DNA from: Anaerolineae bacterium
GTDB lineage: Bacteria; Chloroflexota; Anaerolineae; S140-20
Length of the DNA: 64,000 bases
Assembly (NCBI GenBank): GCA_034435435.1
Contig: DAOTXN010000052.1
Coordinates: 42,927-106,926 of the forward strand
Direction: 5' to 3'
The notes under the pieces: model-generated
What the model saw: only the letters and a program-made list of their open reading frames with translations
Databases searched by the model: none
Told to the model about the DNA's origin: nothing
In this document: positions 27,576 through 36,023 of the stretch, in pieces
Layout of the letters: the number at the start of each line of letters is the position of its first letter
Position numbering within the stretch: the stretch's first letter is position 1
Made by a program: the position numbers and the translations under genes

Positions 27576-27740
27576 GCTCGGGTTCCGCTCGTGTTCCGAA
27601 AATCGGAACACGGGGGTGTACTGTGTCCTATCCTCTATCGAGAGACGATACGAAATGCAGAGTTGCTGCTGGTCGAGGGGCAGTTGCAGCGCGAAGGGGG
27701 TGCGCTCAATGTGATAGTAAAGAGAGCAATGCTCGAATTC
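27576..27740 (+). pseudogene. Remnant of the C-terminal OB-fold region of a DnaE/DnaE2-type DNA polymerase III alpha subunit
   Basis: The translation ...ILYRETIRNAELLLVEGQLQREGGALNVIVKRAMLEF matches the conserved C-terminal ...LLV.G.LQRE.GV..VIA.R... block of DnaE2/DnaE. No upstream polymerase body is present. Confidence 0.45.
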
Positions 27741-27819
27741 GCTCTGGACGAGAAAGATGACAAAGAGAATTCGGTCGCACAGCTATGTGAGCTTGTCTGT
27801 TTCACGCCGCTAAATGGCA

Positions 27820-27843
27820 GGCTACCCCAGGGCAATCGCATCT
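27820..27843. repeat. Left terminal inverted repeat of the ISAs1-family element
   Basis: ggctaccccagggcaatcgcatct is the reverse complement of the right end except for a 1-nt indel plus one adjacent mismatch. Confidence 0.75.
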
Positions 27844-27890
27844 AATTTCCCTCCGGGGCGGAAAGGGGGGATAATAGCGACACGATTCCT

Positions 27891-29046
27891 ATGACGCTCC
27901 GGAGGATACCAATGGAAAAGGCATCTGTCGCTATCTGTGATCACTTTGCTGACCTGGAAGACCCCAGGATTGATCGCACCAAGCGGCATAAACTCCTCGA
28001 CATCGTAACGCTCGCCATCTGTGCGGTGATCTGTGGTGCGGATACGTGGGTCGACGTGGAGGGGTTCGGCCAGGCTAAACTGGACTGGTTTCGCACGTTT
28101 CTGGAAGTGCCCAATGGCATCCCTTCTCATGACACCTTTGGACGGGTGTTTGCGCGGCTGGACCCCGACCAGTTCCGGGAGAGCTTCGTCAGTTGGGTAC
28201 AGGCGATCAGTCAGCGGGTCAGGGGCGAAGTCGTGGCGCTGGATGGCAAGACCTTGCGTGGTTCGCACGACGGCGGACTGGGCCGAGCGGCCATCCACAT
28301 GGTCAGCGCCTGGGCCACAACTCACCACTTGGTGCTGGGGCAATTGAAGGTGGACGCCAAGTCGAACGAAATCACGGCCATCCCTGAATTGCTGCGGCTG
28401 TTGGTGTTGGAAGGCTGTATCGTCACCATCGACGCCATGGGCTGCCAGACCGAGATCGCTCAGACCATCGTGGATGCAGAAGCAGACTATGTGCTGGCGC
28501 TCAAGGGCAACCAAGGCACGTTGCATCGGGACGTGCAAGAGATGTTCGCCCTTGCGCAGGCCAGCCACTTTGAGCATGTGGCGCACGACGCGTACCAGAC
28601 GACGGAGAAAAACCACGGCCGGATCGAGACCCGCCGCCATTGGACCATCTCCGAACCAGAGTTGATCGCCTATTTGGACCCCGATGGTGCGTGGGCCGGC
28701 TTGCAGAGCATCGGCATGGTCGAAGCCGAGCGGCGCATCGGCGATGAAACGACGCGCGAAACGCGCTACTACATCTCCACTCTCGGGAAAGGCACGCGAA
28801 CTGGGTCAGGCCGTGCGCGCCCACTGGGGCATCGAAAACCGTGTTCATTGGGTGCTCGATGTAGCCTTTCGCGAAGATGACAGTCGCGTGCGCCAAGGCA
28901 ACGCAGCCCAGAACTTTGCCATCTTGCGCCACATCGCCCTCAACCTGCTGCGGCAGGAAAAGTCAGCCAAGTGCGGCATCAAGGCCAAGCGTCTGAAAGC
29001 GGGTTGGAGCGAAGCCTATCTGTCCAAGGTGCTCACCGGTGGTTAA
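27891..29046 (+). pseudogene. ISAs1-family (DDE_Tnp_1-associated) transposase, interrupted by a frameshift near 28785-28792
   Basis: N-terminal part: FADLEDPRIDRTKRHKLLDIV...TIDAMGCQTEIA...RYYISTL. It continues in another frame as [55 protein letters not shown]. Confidence 0.75.
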
Positions 29047-29068
29047 GATGCGATTGCCCTGAGTAGCC
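29046..29068. repeat. Right terminal inverted repeat of the ISAs1-family element
   Basis: agatgcgattgccctgagtagcc; see the left IR. Confidence 0.75.
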
Positions 29069-29394
29069 GACGGTTGCGGCGATCGAACCATTGCCAGGGT
29101 TGCCCGACCAACGTCAGGGTGTAATGTTTGCAGCCCGGCGATAACATAAGATAGGAAACGGGTCAGGTCGTTGTCGCTTTCTTCCAACGTGACCCAGCCT
29201 ACGGGGGTCTGACACTGGTTGGCCCATTCGCTTAGCAAAGTGGTTTTGCCAAAGCCGGCCGGAGCCGAGAGGAGTGTCAGCTTGCGGCACGCTTTTATAC
29301 CTTTGCTCAGGCGCTGGGTCAATCGGGGACGCGGCAGGAATTCGGGTCGAACCGGTGGAATATAGAGCTTGGTTGCCAGCAGGGGAACGGACAT
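29069..29394 (-). pseudogene. N-terminal fragment (about 110 codons) of a MalT/LuxR-type large ATP-dependent transcriptional regulator, truncated by the IS
   Basis: LLATKLYIPPVRPEFLPRPRL...LTLLSAPAGFGKTTLLSEW...WVTLEESDNDLTRFLSYVIAGLQ is the typical N-terminus plus Walker A of this family. The reading frame runs straight into the IS right end. Confidence 0.7.
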
Positions 29395-29616
29395 TTCAGA
29401 TCTCAGGCTAGCATATCTCGATCAACGACAATACCAGTATCTTATCACATCTCGTCATCTCCCACAATGGTGCTGGTCGGTCATGACTGTTCGACAAGTG
29501 GTAAAAGTGGATGATACGCCCTAATCGAATTTCGTCAAGCCATATACGAGAGTGGAAGACAAAAACCCTGCCGTGGCAGAAGCCGCAGCAGCTTCGAGTG
29601 GATCTAGCATCACCGC

Positions 29617-29645
29617 TTGCGCGCGTTCGCCGGTCCGAGTACAAT
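29617..29645 (+). promoter_or_regulatory. Candidate sigma70-type promoter P1 upstream of nuoA (TTGCGC-17-TACAAT)
   Basis: The -35 TTGCGC (29617-29622) and -10 TACAAT (29640-29645) are spaced by 17 nt. The distal 16 nt, ccggtccgagtacaat, are repeated exactly in P2. Confidence 0.4.
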
Positions 29646-29779
29646 TCGGGCCGTGAAGAAAAGCGCCAGTTGTATATCGCATTCTGCGCCGCGCAAATCG
29701 CTCGTATTCCCAAAGAGAACTCTCATCGGCTTTCCTTCATCATTCTATATTCACTTGTGTTTACTTTCACCTCCATACC

Positions 29780-29808
29780 TTGCCGTTTCGTACCGGTCCG
29801 AGTACAAT
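29780..29808 (+). promoter_or_regulatory. Candidate sigma70-type promoter P2 upstream of nuoA (TTGCCG-17-TACAAT)
   Basis: The -35 TTGCCG (29780-29785) and -10 TACAAT (29803-29808) are spaced by 17 nt, 54 nt upstream of the nuoA ATG. It shares the 16-mer ccggtccgagtacaat with P1. Confidence 0.45.
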
Positions 29809-29861
29809 ATGGATGGTTAGAACAAGGGTTTTATTGCGCAAAGTCCAAGGGGAACGGTTCG

Positions 29862-30224
29862 ATGCTCGACAACTATGTCAACATTCTCATATTGCTGGTC
29901 GTCTCGGTGCTCGTCCCGACGCTGGCAATCTTGGTCGGCCACCGTTTAGGCCCGCGCCGCCCCACGGCCCGCAAGGCCGAGCCTTACGAGTCGGGTATGA
30001 CCGCCATCGGCCCAGCCCAGCGCCGCGTGCCGGTCAAGTTCTACCGTATCGCCGTGTTGTTCATCCTGTTCGACATAGAAGTCGTGTTTATGTACCCGTG
30101 GGCGGTGTTGTTTCTGAACGCAGATAATCAGGTCTTTTTGTTCTTCGAGATGCTGATATTTGTCGCGATTCTACTGGTGGGATACGTGTACGCCTGGAAA
30201 TCGGGAGCGTTGGAATGGGATTAG
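29862..30224 (+). CDS. nuoA: NADH-quinone oxidoreductase subunit A
   Basis: 120 aa with 3 TM. Contains PYESGM and [12 protein letters not shown] motifs. First gene of the nuo cluster. The ATG at 29862 sits inside a longer ORF. Confidence 0.9.
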   Translation: MLDNYVNILILLVVSVLVPTLAILVGHRLGPRRPTARKAEPYESGMTAIGPAQRRVPVKFYRIAVLFILFDIEVVFMYPWAVLFLNADNQVFLFFEMLIFVAILLVGYVYAWKSGALEWD

Positions 30225-30697
30225 AGCAGAAATTGGGGGGCATGGGGATAGTTACCCTCAAGCTGGAGCAGGCGGTCAACTGGGCGCGCAGCAATGCTCT
30301 GTGGCCGATGCTATTCGGGTTAGCCTGTTGCGCCATCGAGATGATGTCGGCCCAGGCCGCCAATTACGACATGTCGCGTTTTGGGATGGAGCTAATGCGC
30401 GCTTCGCCCCGCCAGTCGGACCTGATGATCGTGGCCGGGCGGGTCACACACAAGATGGCCCCGGTGTTGCGCCGCCTATACGATCAGATGCCCGATCCCA
30501 AGTGGGTGATTGCCATGGGCGACTGTGCGTCGTGCGGCGGCGTGTTCAACAACTATGCCATTGTGCAGGGCGTTGACGAAGTGGTGCCGGTAGACATTTA
30601 TGTGGCCGGCTGTCCGCCCCGCCCAGAGGCGCTGATCCACGGCATCATGCAGTTGCAGGAAAAAATCAAGGGCGAGAAACTGGCAAACTGGAAATAG
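30215..30697 (+). CDS. nuoB: NADH-quinone oxidoreductase subunit B
   Basis: Motifs: [29 protein letters not shown] (N2 cluster ligands). Confidence 0.95.
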   Translation: MGLEQKLGGMGIVTLKLEQAVNWARSNALWPMLFGLACCAIEMMSAQAANYDMSRFGMELMRASPRQSDLMIVAGRVTHKMAPVLRRLYDQMPDPKWVIAMGDCASCGGVFNNYAIVQGVDEVVPVDIYVAGCPPRPEALIHGIMQLQEKIKGEKLANWK

Positions 30698-30703
30698 CAG
30701 ATA

Positions 30704-31261
30704 ATGACCACAACCGACCAACTCACAAACCAACTAACCAGCAAACTCGAACGCGTATTTCCAGACGCAGTCCAGGAGATAATCTCTTTCCTCGACGAGA
30801 CCACCGTCGTCGTGAATCGGGCGGCGGTGGTGGATATGTGCACGTTCCTGCGCGACGATCCGGACCTGGCCTTCAACTATTTGTCGGACCTGAGCGCCGT
30901 GGATATGTGGCCGGAGCAGCCGCGCTTTGAGGTCAACATCCAACTGCTGGCGATGACCAGACGTCCCCAACCGGGGCAGGGCGCGCGGCGGCTACGGGTG
31001 AAGATTCAACTGGAAGAACAAGACGCCAGAATGCCTACCTTGAGCGGCGTATGGCCCTCGGCAAACTGGTACGAGCGCGAGGCTCATGACCTGTTCGGCA
31101 TCGAATTCGAGGGACACCCTGACTTGCGCCCGCTGCTCCTACCTGACGATTGGGACGAGCCGCCGCCGCTGCGCCGCGACATCCCTGTGCACGTCGAAGA
31201 AGTCGCTTTTTCGTTCAACCAGGAGCGCATCTATCGCAACAAACGCTTTGCCAAAGAGTAA
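30704..31261 (+). CDS. nuoC: NADH-quinone oxidoreductase subunit C
   Basis: ANWYEREAHDLFGIEFEGHPDLR motif. Confidence 0.9.
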   Translation: MTTTDQLTNQLTSKLERVFPDAVQEIISFLDETTVVVNRAAVVDMCTFLRDDPDLAFNYLSDLSAVDMWPEQPRFEVNIQLLAMTRRPQPGQGARRLRVKIQLEEQDARMPTLSGVWPSANWYEREAHDLFGIEFEGHPDLRPLLLPDDWDEPPPLRRDIPVHVEEVAFSFNQERIYRNKRFAKE

Positions 31262-31329
31262 ACGCTCACCGCAGAGACGCGGAGAGCGCAGAGAAAAACG
31301 AAAAACTCTGCGGCGAAAGAGTAGTTAAA

Positions 31330-32583
31330 ATGGTCGCCACGGACACACAAACCCTCGTCTCGATCGAAGACGAGGAGCTAGAAAAAATCAAGCATCTGGT
31401 CTCGCCGCGCGCGCTGACCGGCGAGACCATGCTGCTCAATATGGGCCCGCAGCATCCCAGCACCCACGGCGTGTTGCGCTTGCTGCTCGAGCTAGACGGT
31501 GAAAACGTCGTCAGTTGCATTCCGCACATCGGTTATTTGCACACCGGCATCGAAAAAAGCTGCGAAGACAAAACCTACACCAAGGTCATCCCGCTCACCG
31601 ACCGTATGGACTATCTCTCACCGCTGTCCAACAACCTGGGCTACGTGATGGCGGTGGAGAAGCTGATGGGGGTGGAGGTTCCCATTCGCGCCCAATATCT
31701 GCGCGTTATCTTGACCGAGCTTTCGCGCATCGCCAGCCACATGGTGTGGTTGGGCACCAGCGGCCTCGACCTGGGCGCGATGAGCACATTCCTATACGCC
31801 TTGCGCGAGCGCGAGTATATTCTGGACATCCTGGAAATGTGCTCCGGGCAACGCATGATGACCAGCTATTTCCGCGTCGGCGGCCTGTGGCGCGACGTGC
31901 CCGCAGATTTTGAGCCGGCCGTGCGCCAATTCCTGGCCTATTATCCCGACCGGGTGCGCGAGTATGAGCGATTGCTCAAAGAAAATCCGATCTGGAAAGA
32001 GCGCACGGTCGGGGTGGGCGTGATCAGCGCCGAACAGGCCATCCAATGGAGTTTGGGCGGGCCGTGTCTGCGCGGCTCCGGCGTGGATTGGGACCTGCGC
32101 AAGGTCGCGCCTTACTCGTGTTACGAGCATTTCGAGTTCGACGTGCCGCTGGGTGAACACGGCGACGTGTACGACCGCTATCGCTGCCGCATGTTGGAGC
32201 TGTGGGAGAGTCTGCGCATCGTTCAGCAAGCATTGGATAGACTACCTGGCGGCCCGGTGATGACGAACGACCGCAAGGTCGCCCCGCCGCCCAAAGAAGA
32301 GTTGGCGTACAGTATGGAAGCGGTCATCCATCACTTTAAGCTGTGGACCGAGGGCTTTCGCCCGCCCAAAGGCGAGGTTTACCACGCTATCGAGTCGCCG
32401 CGCGGCGAGTTCGGCGTGTACATCAACAGCGACGGCAGCGGCAAGCCGCGCCGCGTGCACTTTCGCACGCCGACTTTTGCTAACTTGCAAGCCCTGCCCA
32501 TCATGGCCAAGGGCCTGTTCGTATCCGACTTGATCGCCATCATCGGCAGCATCGACCTGTTGCTCGGAGATGTGGATCGGTAA
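31330..32583 (+). CDS. nuoD: NADH-quinone oxidoreductase subunit D
   Basis: LNMGPQHPSTHGVLRL, RMDYLSP and ESPRGEFGVY motifs. Start taken at the ATG at 31330 (MVATD...); the ORF is open from 31150. Confidence 0.9.
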   Translation: MVATDTQTLVSIEDEELEKIKHLVSPRALTGETMLLNMGPQHPSTHGVLRLLLELDGENVVSCIPHIGYLHTGIEKSCEDKTYTKVIPLTDRMDYLSPLSNNLGYVMAVEKLMGVEVPIRAQYLRVILTELSRIASHMVWLGTSGLDLGAMSTFLYALREREYILDILEMCSGQRMMTSYFRVGGLWRDVPADFEPAVRQFLAYYPDRVREYERLLKENPIWKERTVGVGVISAEQAIQWSLGGPCLRGSGVDWDLRKVAPYSCYEHFEFDVPLGEHGDVYDRYRCRMLELWESLRIVQQALDRLPGGPVMTNDRKVAPPPKEELAYSMEAVIHHFKLWTEGFRPPKGEVYHAIESPRGEFGVYINSDGSGKPRRVHFRTPTFANLQALPIMAKGLFVSDLIAIIGSIDLLLGDVDR

Positions 32584-32623
32584 TTGGCAGATCGGCAAAC
32601 TGGGAAACAGCAAGGAGCCAACG

Positions 32624-33109
32624 TTGACCAATTTGGGTGACATTGCACAAGACAAAATTGATACCATTCTAGCCAAGTACCCTACCAAGCGCTCGGCCGT
32701 GTTGCCGCTGTGCCAATTGGCGCAAAAAGAATACGGCTATATGAGCGCCGAGGCCATTCGTCAAGTAGCCGATGTCCTGGAACTGGATCCGACTGAAGTG
32801 CAGGGGATCGTCGGTTTCTATACGTTGCTACGCGAATACCCTACCGGCAAGTATGTCATTGAGGTGTGTAACGACCTGCCCTGCGCCCTGCGCGGCGCGG
32901 ACGATTTCGTAGAGCACGTGTGCCAAAAACTGGGTGTGCGCCCCGGCGAGACGAGCGCCGATGGCAAGTTCACCCTCGAAACGGTGATGTGCGTGGCGGC
33001 GTGCGACAAGGCGCCCGTGGCCCAGATCAACCTGGAATACTATGAGAATTTAGACCCCGTCAGGTTTGACGAGATCGTGGAGCGGCTGCGAAATGCCAGT
33101 GACGATTAG
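32624..33109 (+). CDS. nuoE: NADH-quinone oxidoreductase subunit E
   Basis: 2Fe-2S ligand blocks: VCNDLPCALRGA and MCVAACDKAP. The TTG at 32624 is preceded by AAGGAG; the ORF is open from 32570. Confidence 0.85.
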   Translation: MTNLGDIAQDKIDTILAKYPTKRSAVLPLCQLAQKEYGYMSAEAIRQVADVLELDPTEVQGIVGFYTLLREYPTGKYVIEVCNDLPCALRGADDFVEHVCQKLGVRPGETSADGKFTLETVMCVAACDKAPVAQINLEYYENLDPVRFDEIVERLRNASDD

Positions 33110-33527
33110 ACCGCTCGAACTGGCCGACTATGATGCGCTGGTCGCGCTATGGCAGCGGGCAGAATTGACTTCGTTGCGCTTGCACGGGCGCGACAGCCGG
33201 GAGGCCTTTGTCCGGCAACTGGAGAGCGGCTTGCAGACGGCGCTGGGCCTCGAACAGGACGGCCAGCTCATCGGCGCGGTGCTTGCCACGCACGACGGGC
33301 GCAAGGGCTGGATTAACCGATTGGTCGTAGACCCGCAGCACCGCCGCCAAGGGCACGCCCGGCGTCTCATCGCCGCCGCCGAAGAGGCGCTCAAGGCGCA
33401 GGGGATGCACATCATCGCCTGTCTGATCGAGGACTGGAACGAAGGGTCGCTGGCGCTGTTTCAAAGTGAGGGATACGTGCGGGGCGACGTGGTTTACCTG
33501 AGCAAGCGCGACAGCAACGAAGCATAA
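33093..33527 (+). CDS. GNAT-family N-acetyltransferase embedded between nuoE and nuoF
   Basis: GNAT motif A: WINRLVVDPQHRRQGHARRLIAAAE. The ATG at 33093 overlaps the nuoE 3' end by 17 nt. Confidence 0.8.
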   Translation: MPVTIRPLELADYDALVALWQRAELTSLRLHGRDSREAFVRQLESGLQTALGLEQDGQLIGAVLATHDGRKGWINRLVVDPQHRRQGHARRLIAAAEEALKAQGMHIIACLIEDWNEGSLALFQSEGYVRGDVVYLSKRDSNEA

Positions 33528-33537
33528 TCACCGAGAT

Positions 33538-34830
33538 ATGGCAAAAAAGAAACCTGAGAAAACAACACATCTGCTGCTACGCGACCTGGATGTACCAAAC
33601 GTCCGCGAGATGGCCGTCTATGTTGAGCACGGCGGCTATAAAGCGCTGCGCCAGGCCGTCGAAAGCGGCAATCCGGCGGCCGTGCTGGCCGAGGTGCGCA
33701 AGAGCAACCTGCGCGGGCGCGGCGGCGCGGGCTTTCCGACCGGCGTCAAGTGGGGCTTTGTGCCCAAGGACGTATTCCCCAAATACGTGGTGGTCAACGC
33801 CGACGAGAGCGAGCCGGGCACGTTCAAAGATCGCCAACTGCTGGAGGGCAACCCGCATCAGGTGATCGAAGGGGCGGCCATCGCCGCTTACGCCATCCAG
33901 GCCGAGACGGTGTATTTTTACTGCCGGGGCGAGTTTTATCAGCCCGCCCAAACCCTGCAAAAGGCGATTGACGAGGCTTACGCCGCCGGATACCTGGGGC
34001 AAAATCTGTTCGGTATCGCGGGCGCAGGCAAGCCGCGCCCCTACAGACTGGATATGTACGTTCACCTGGGCGCGGGGGCGTACATCTGCGGCGAAGAGAC
34101 GGCGCTGCTGGAATCGCTGGAAGGCAAACTGGGCCAGCCCCGGCTGCGCCCGCCCTTCCCAGCCAACAAAGGACTGTACGGCCAACCGACCGTCATCAAC
34201 AACGTCGAGACTCTGGCCAATGTGCCGCTCATCCTCCAGCGCGGCGCCGACTGGTATTTGACCTTGGGAACCGCCCAAAGCCCTGGCCCGAAAATCTTTT
34301 GCCTCAGCGGGTGCGTGAACAAGCCGGGCAACTATGAGGCCATTCTAGGCCAGATCACCTTCCGGCAACTGATTTACGAACACGGCGGCGGTGTGCTGGG
34401 CGGGCGGGCGCTCAAGGCCATCCTGCCGGCGGGCGCGTCGGCCCCGATTTTGCCCGCCAGTGACGAGGTGTTGGACACACCGCTGGATTACGAGTCGCTC
34501 AAGCCATTCGGCTCGGCGCTGGGTTCGGCGTCGGTGATCGTGCTGGACGAGACGGTGGACATTTTCCAGGCCGCGCACCGCATGACGCGCTTTTTCAAGC
34601 ACGAATCGTGCGGCAAGTGCACTCCCTGCCGCGAGGGGACGTACTGGATGCTCAAGATTTACGACAAAATCGCCGCCGGGCGCGGGGGTCAAGCCGACCT
34701 GCTCACGCTTGAAGACGTGGCCCGGCAGATGCAGGGCAAGTGCCTGTGCGCGCTGGGTGAGTTTTCCACCCAGCCGGTGTTGAGCACGCTGCGGCACTTT
34801 CGGGGAGAGTACGAAAGGCAACTCGAATAA
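33538..34830 (+). CDS. nuoF: NADH-quinone oxidoreductase subunit F
   Basis: GRGGAGFPTGVKW (FMN/NADH site), ICGEETALLESLEG, and ESCGKCTPCREG (N3 cluster). Confidence 0.95.
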   Translation: MAKKKPEKTTHLLLRDLDVPNVREMAVYVEHGGYKALRQAVESGNPAAVLAEVRKSNLRGRGGAGFPTGVKWGFVPKDVFPKYVVVNADESEPGTFKDRQLLEGNPHQVIEGAAIAAYAIQAETVYFYCRGEFYQPAQTLQKAIDEAYAAGYLGQNLFGIAGAGKPRPYRLDMYVHLGAGAYICGEETALLESLEGKLGQPRLRPPFPANKGLYGQPTVINNVETLANVPLILQRGADWYLTLGTAQSPGPKIFCLSGCVNKPGNYEAILGQITFRQLIYEHGGGVLGGRALKAILPAGASAPILPASDEVLDTPLDYESLKPFGSALGSASVIVLDETVDIFQAAHRMTRFFKHESCGKCTPCREGTYWMLKIYDKIAAGRGGQADLLTLEDVARQMQGKCLCALGEFSTQPVLSTLRHFRGEYERQLE

Positions 34831-34850
34831 TCGGTCGAGCCAAAAGAACT

Positions 34851-35315
34851 ATGTCCCAAAAACGAGTATTGCTAATTACAGATGACAATCGTTCCTTTGA
34901 ACCCCTGTACGAACTCCTTGTGGAACAAGGTTACGAACTGCGGGTATCCAACACAGACAGCCAAGTCCTGCAAATCGTGTCAGAATTTGCACCTCAGACC
35001 ATTCTTCTTGATTGGCCCAACCTGGAGGTCTCGGAGAAATTCGCATCTCTTGAGCAGGCCCTCAACGCAAATCGTCACCGTGCTCTCGAAAACCACATTC
35101 CCGTCGTATATCTGTTCGACAGAGGCATAGTAGAGAACTGGCAGGAAAAAAGAGTTTTGCATATCAATTTTGGACCAAACCGTTGGGCGATTCGTTCCGA
35201 CGAGAGATGGGTTCTTGGCGAAGTTGGGCGCAGTATTTCGCTTTACCATCAGTTGAGAAACTCATTCCAAACACACACAACCACCGCCCCTACTGTATCT
35301 GGAACGCCGACCTGA
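34851..35315 (+). CDS. Orphan receiver-like (CheY-fold) protein, atypical
   Basis: RVLLITDDN...QTILLD... follows the beta1/acidic pair and beta3 Asp pattern of REC domains. The downstream T/S and K positions are not evident. There is no output domain. Its 3' end overlaps a duplicated segment. Confidence 0.45.
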   Translation: MSQKRVLLITDDNRSFEPLYELLVEQGYELRVSNTDSQVLQIVSEFAPQTILLDWPNLEVSEKFASLEQALNANRHRALENHIPVVYLFDRGIVENWQEKRVLHINFGPNRWAIRSDERWVLGEVGRSISLYHQLRNSFQTHTTTAPTVSGTPT

Positions 35316-35330
35316 CCGAGCGTCACGTGA
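35281..35330. repeat. Left copy of an imperfect direct repeat flanking the vapC-phd cassette
   Basis: 35281-35320 matches 36055-36094 at 37 of 40 positions (ccaccgcccctactgtatctggaacgccgacctgaccgag vs ccagcgcccctactttatctggaacgccgacctgagcgag). Weaker similarity extends on both sides. Confidence 0.7.
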
Positions 35331-35338
35331 TGGTTCCC

Positions 35339-35384
35339 TTGCATAACAGACAACGCGCTAGTATAATAGATGTACAATTGTACA
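35339..35384 (+). promoter_or_regulatory. Near-consensus promoter (TTGCAT-17-TATAAT) followed by a perfect 14-bp palindrome (candidate TA operator)
   Basis: -35 at 35339-35344 and -10 at 35362-35367. The palindrome tgtacaattgtaca lies at 35371-35384, 20 nt upstream of the vapC ATG. Confidence 0.55.
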
Positions 35385-35403
35385 TCCACAAACGAGTGTG
35401 CTT

Positions 35404-35802
35404 ATGGACATTGTGGTAGACACATCGGTCATCATCGCCGTAATTGCGAACGAACCGGAAAAAGCCCGGCTCATCGAGCTGACCCAAGACGCCGATTTGA
35501 TCGCCCCGCCCTCCATACACTGGGAGATCGGAAACGCCTTTTCAGCCATGCTCAAACGAAAACGCATCACTTTGCACGACGCGCTTCAGGCCATTGAAAT
35601 CTATCGGCGTATCCCGGTGCGTTGGGCGGAGGTAGAGTTGGCCGATGCGCTGCGGCTTGCGGCAGAACGTAACATCTATGCCTATGATGCCTATCTCGTC
35701 AGATGTGCTATCAAGTACAACGCGCCATTGATTTCGTTGGATAAAAACCTGACACGAGTTGCACGCGAAAGCGGTGCAAAGGTACTCGAGGTGGCCCAAT
35801 GA
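35404..35802 (+). CDS. vapC: PIN-domain toxin (VapC family)
   Basis: The PIN acidic residues sit in the expected contexts: VVDTSVII, HWEIGNA, YAYDAYLV, ISLDKNL. Confidence 0.8.
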   Translation: MDIVVDTSVIIAVIANEPEKARLIELTQDADLIAPPSIHWEIGNAFSAMLKRKRITLHDALQAIEIYRRIPVRWAEVELADALRLAAERNIYAYDAYLVRCAIKYNAPLISLDKNLTRVARESGAKVLEVAQ

Positions 35803-36023
35803 TTGTTTACACCTATACAGAAGCAAGACAAAAACTGGCAACTCTGCTCGAACAGGCCGCGCAAAAGGGAGAAGTGAGAATCAAGCGCAAAGATGGCCGT
35901 GTCTTTGTGGTCAAGCCAGAATCCCGCGCCGACTCACCCTTGAACGTAGAAGGCATTAACCTCGGGGTGACAACCCCAGAAATCATTGAATTTATTCAAG
36001 AAGGCCGAGCGCGTTACCTGTGA
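35799..36023 (+). CDS. Phd/YefM-type antitoxin-like protein, encoded downstream of the toxin
   Basis: The N-terminus MIVYTYTEARQKLATLLEQAAQKGEVRIKRKDGRVFVV is typical of the Phd/YefM fold. The ATGA overlaps the vapC stop. Confidence 0.65.
   Translation: MIVYTYTEARQKLATLLEQAAQKGEVRIKRKDGRVFVVKPESRADSPLNVEGINLGVTTPEIIEFIQEGRARYL

Larger units (their letters stand above)
27820..29068 (+). mobile_element. ISAs1-family insertion sequence (about 1.25 kb) with terminal inverted repeats and a frameshifted transposase
   Basis: Perfect 16-bp IR: cagggcaatcgcatct (27828-27843) versus agatgcgattgccctg (29046-29061). The IR extends with one indel to ggctac/gtagcc. The transposase is of the H-repeat-associated/ISAs1 type. 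Confidence 0.8.

Noticed and set aside
29408-29861. ORFs of 101 aa (minus) and the 5' extension of the nuoA ORF (plus) in the region upstream of nuoA
   Set aside because: There are no ribosome-binding sites or family similarity. The region is AT-richer and contains the duplicated promoter-like modules, so it is treated as non-coding leader/promoter DNA.
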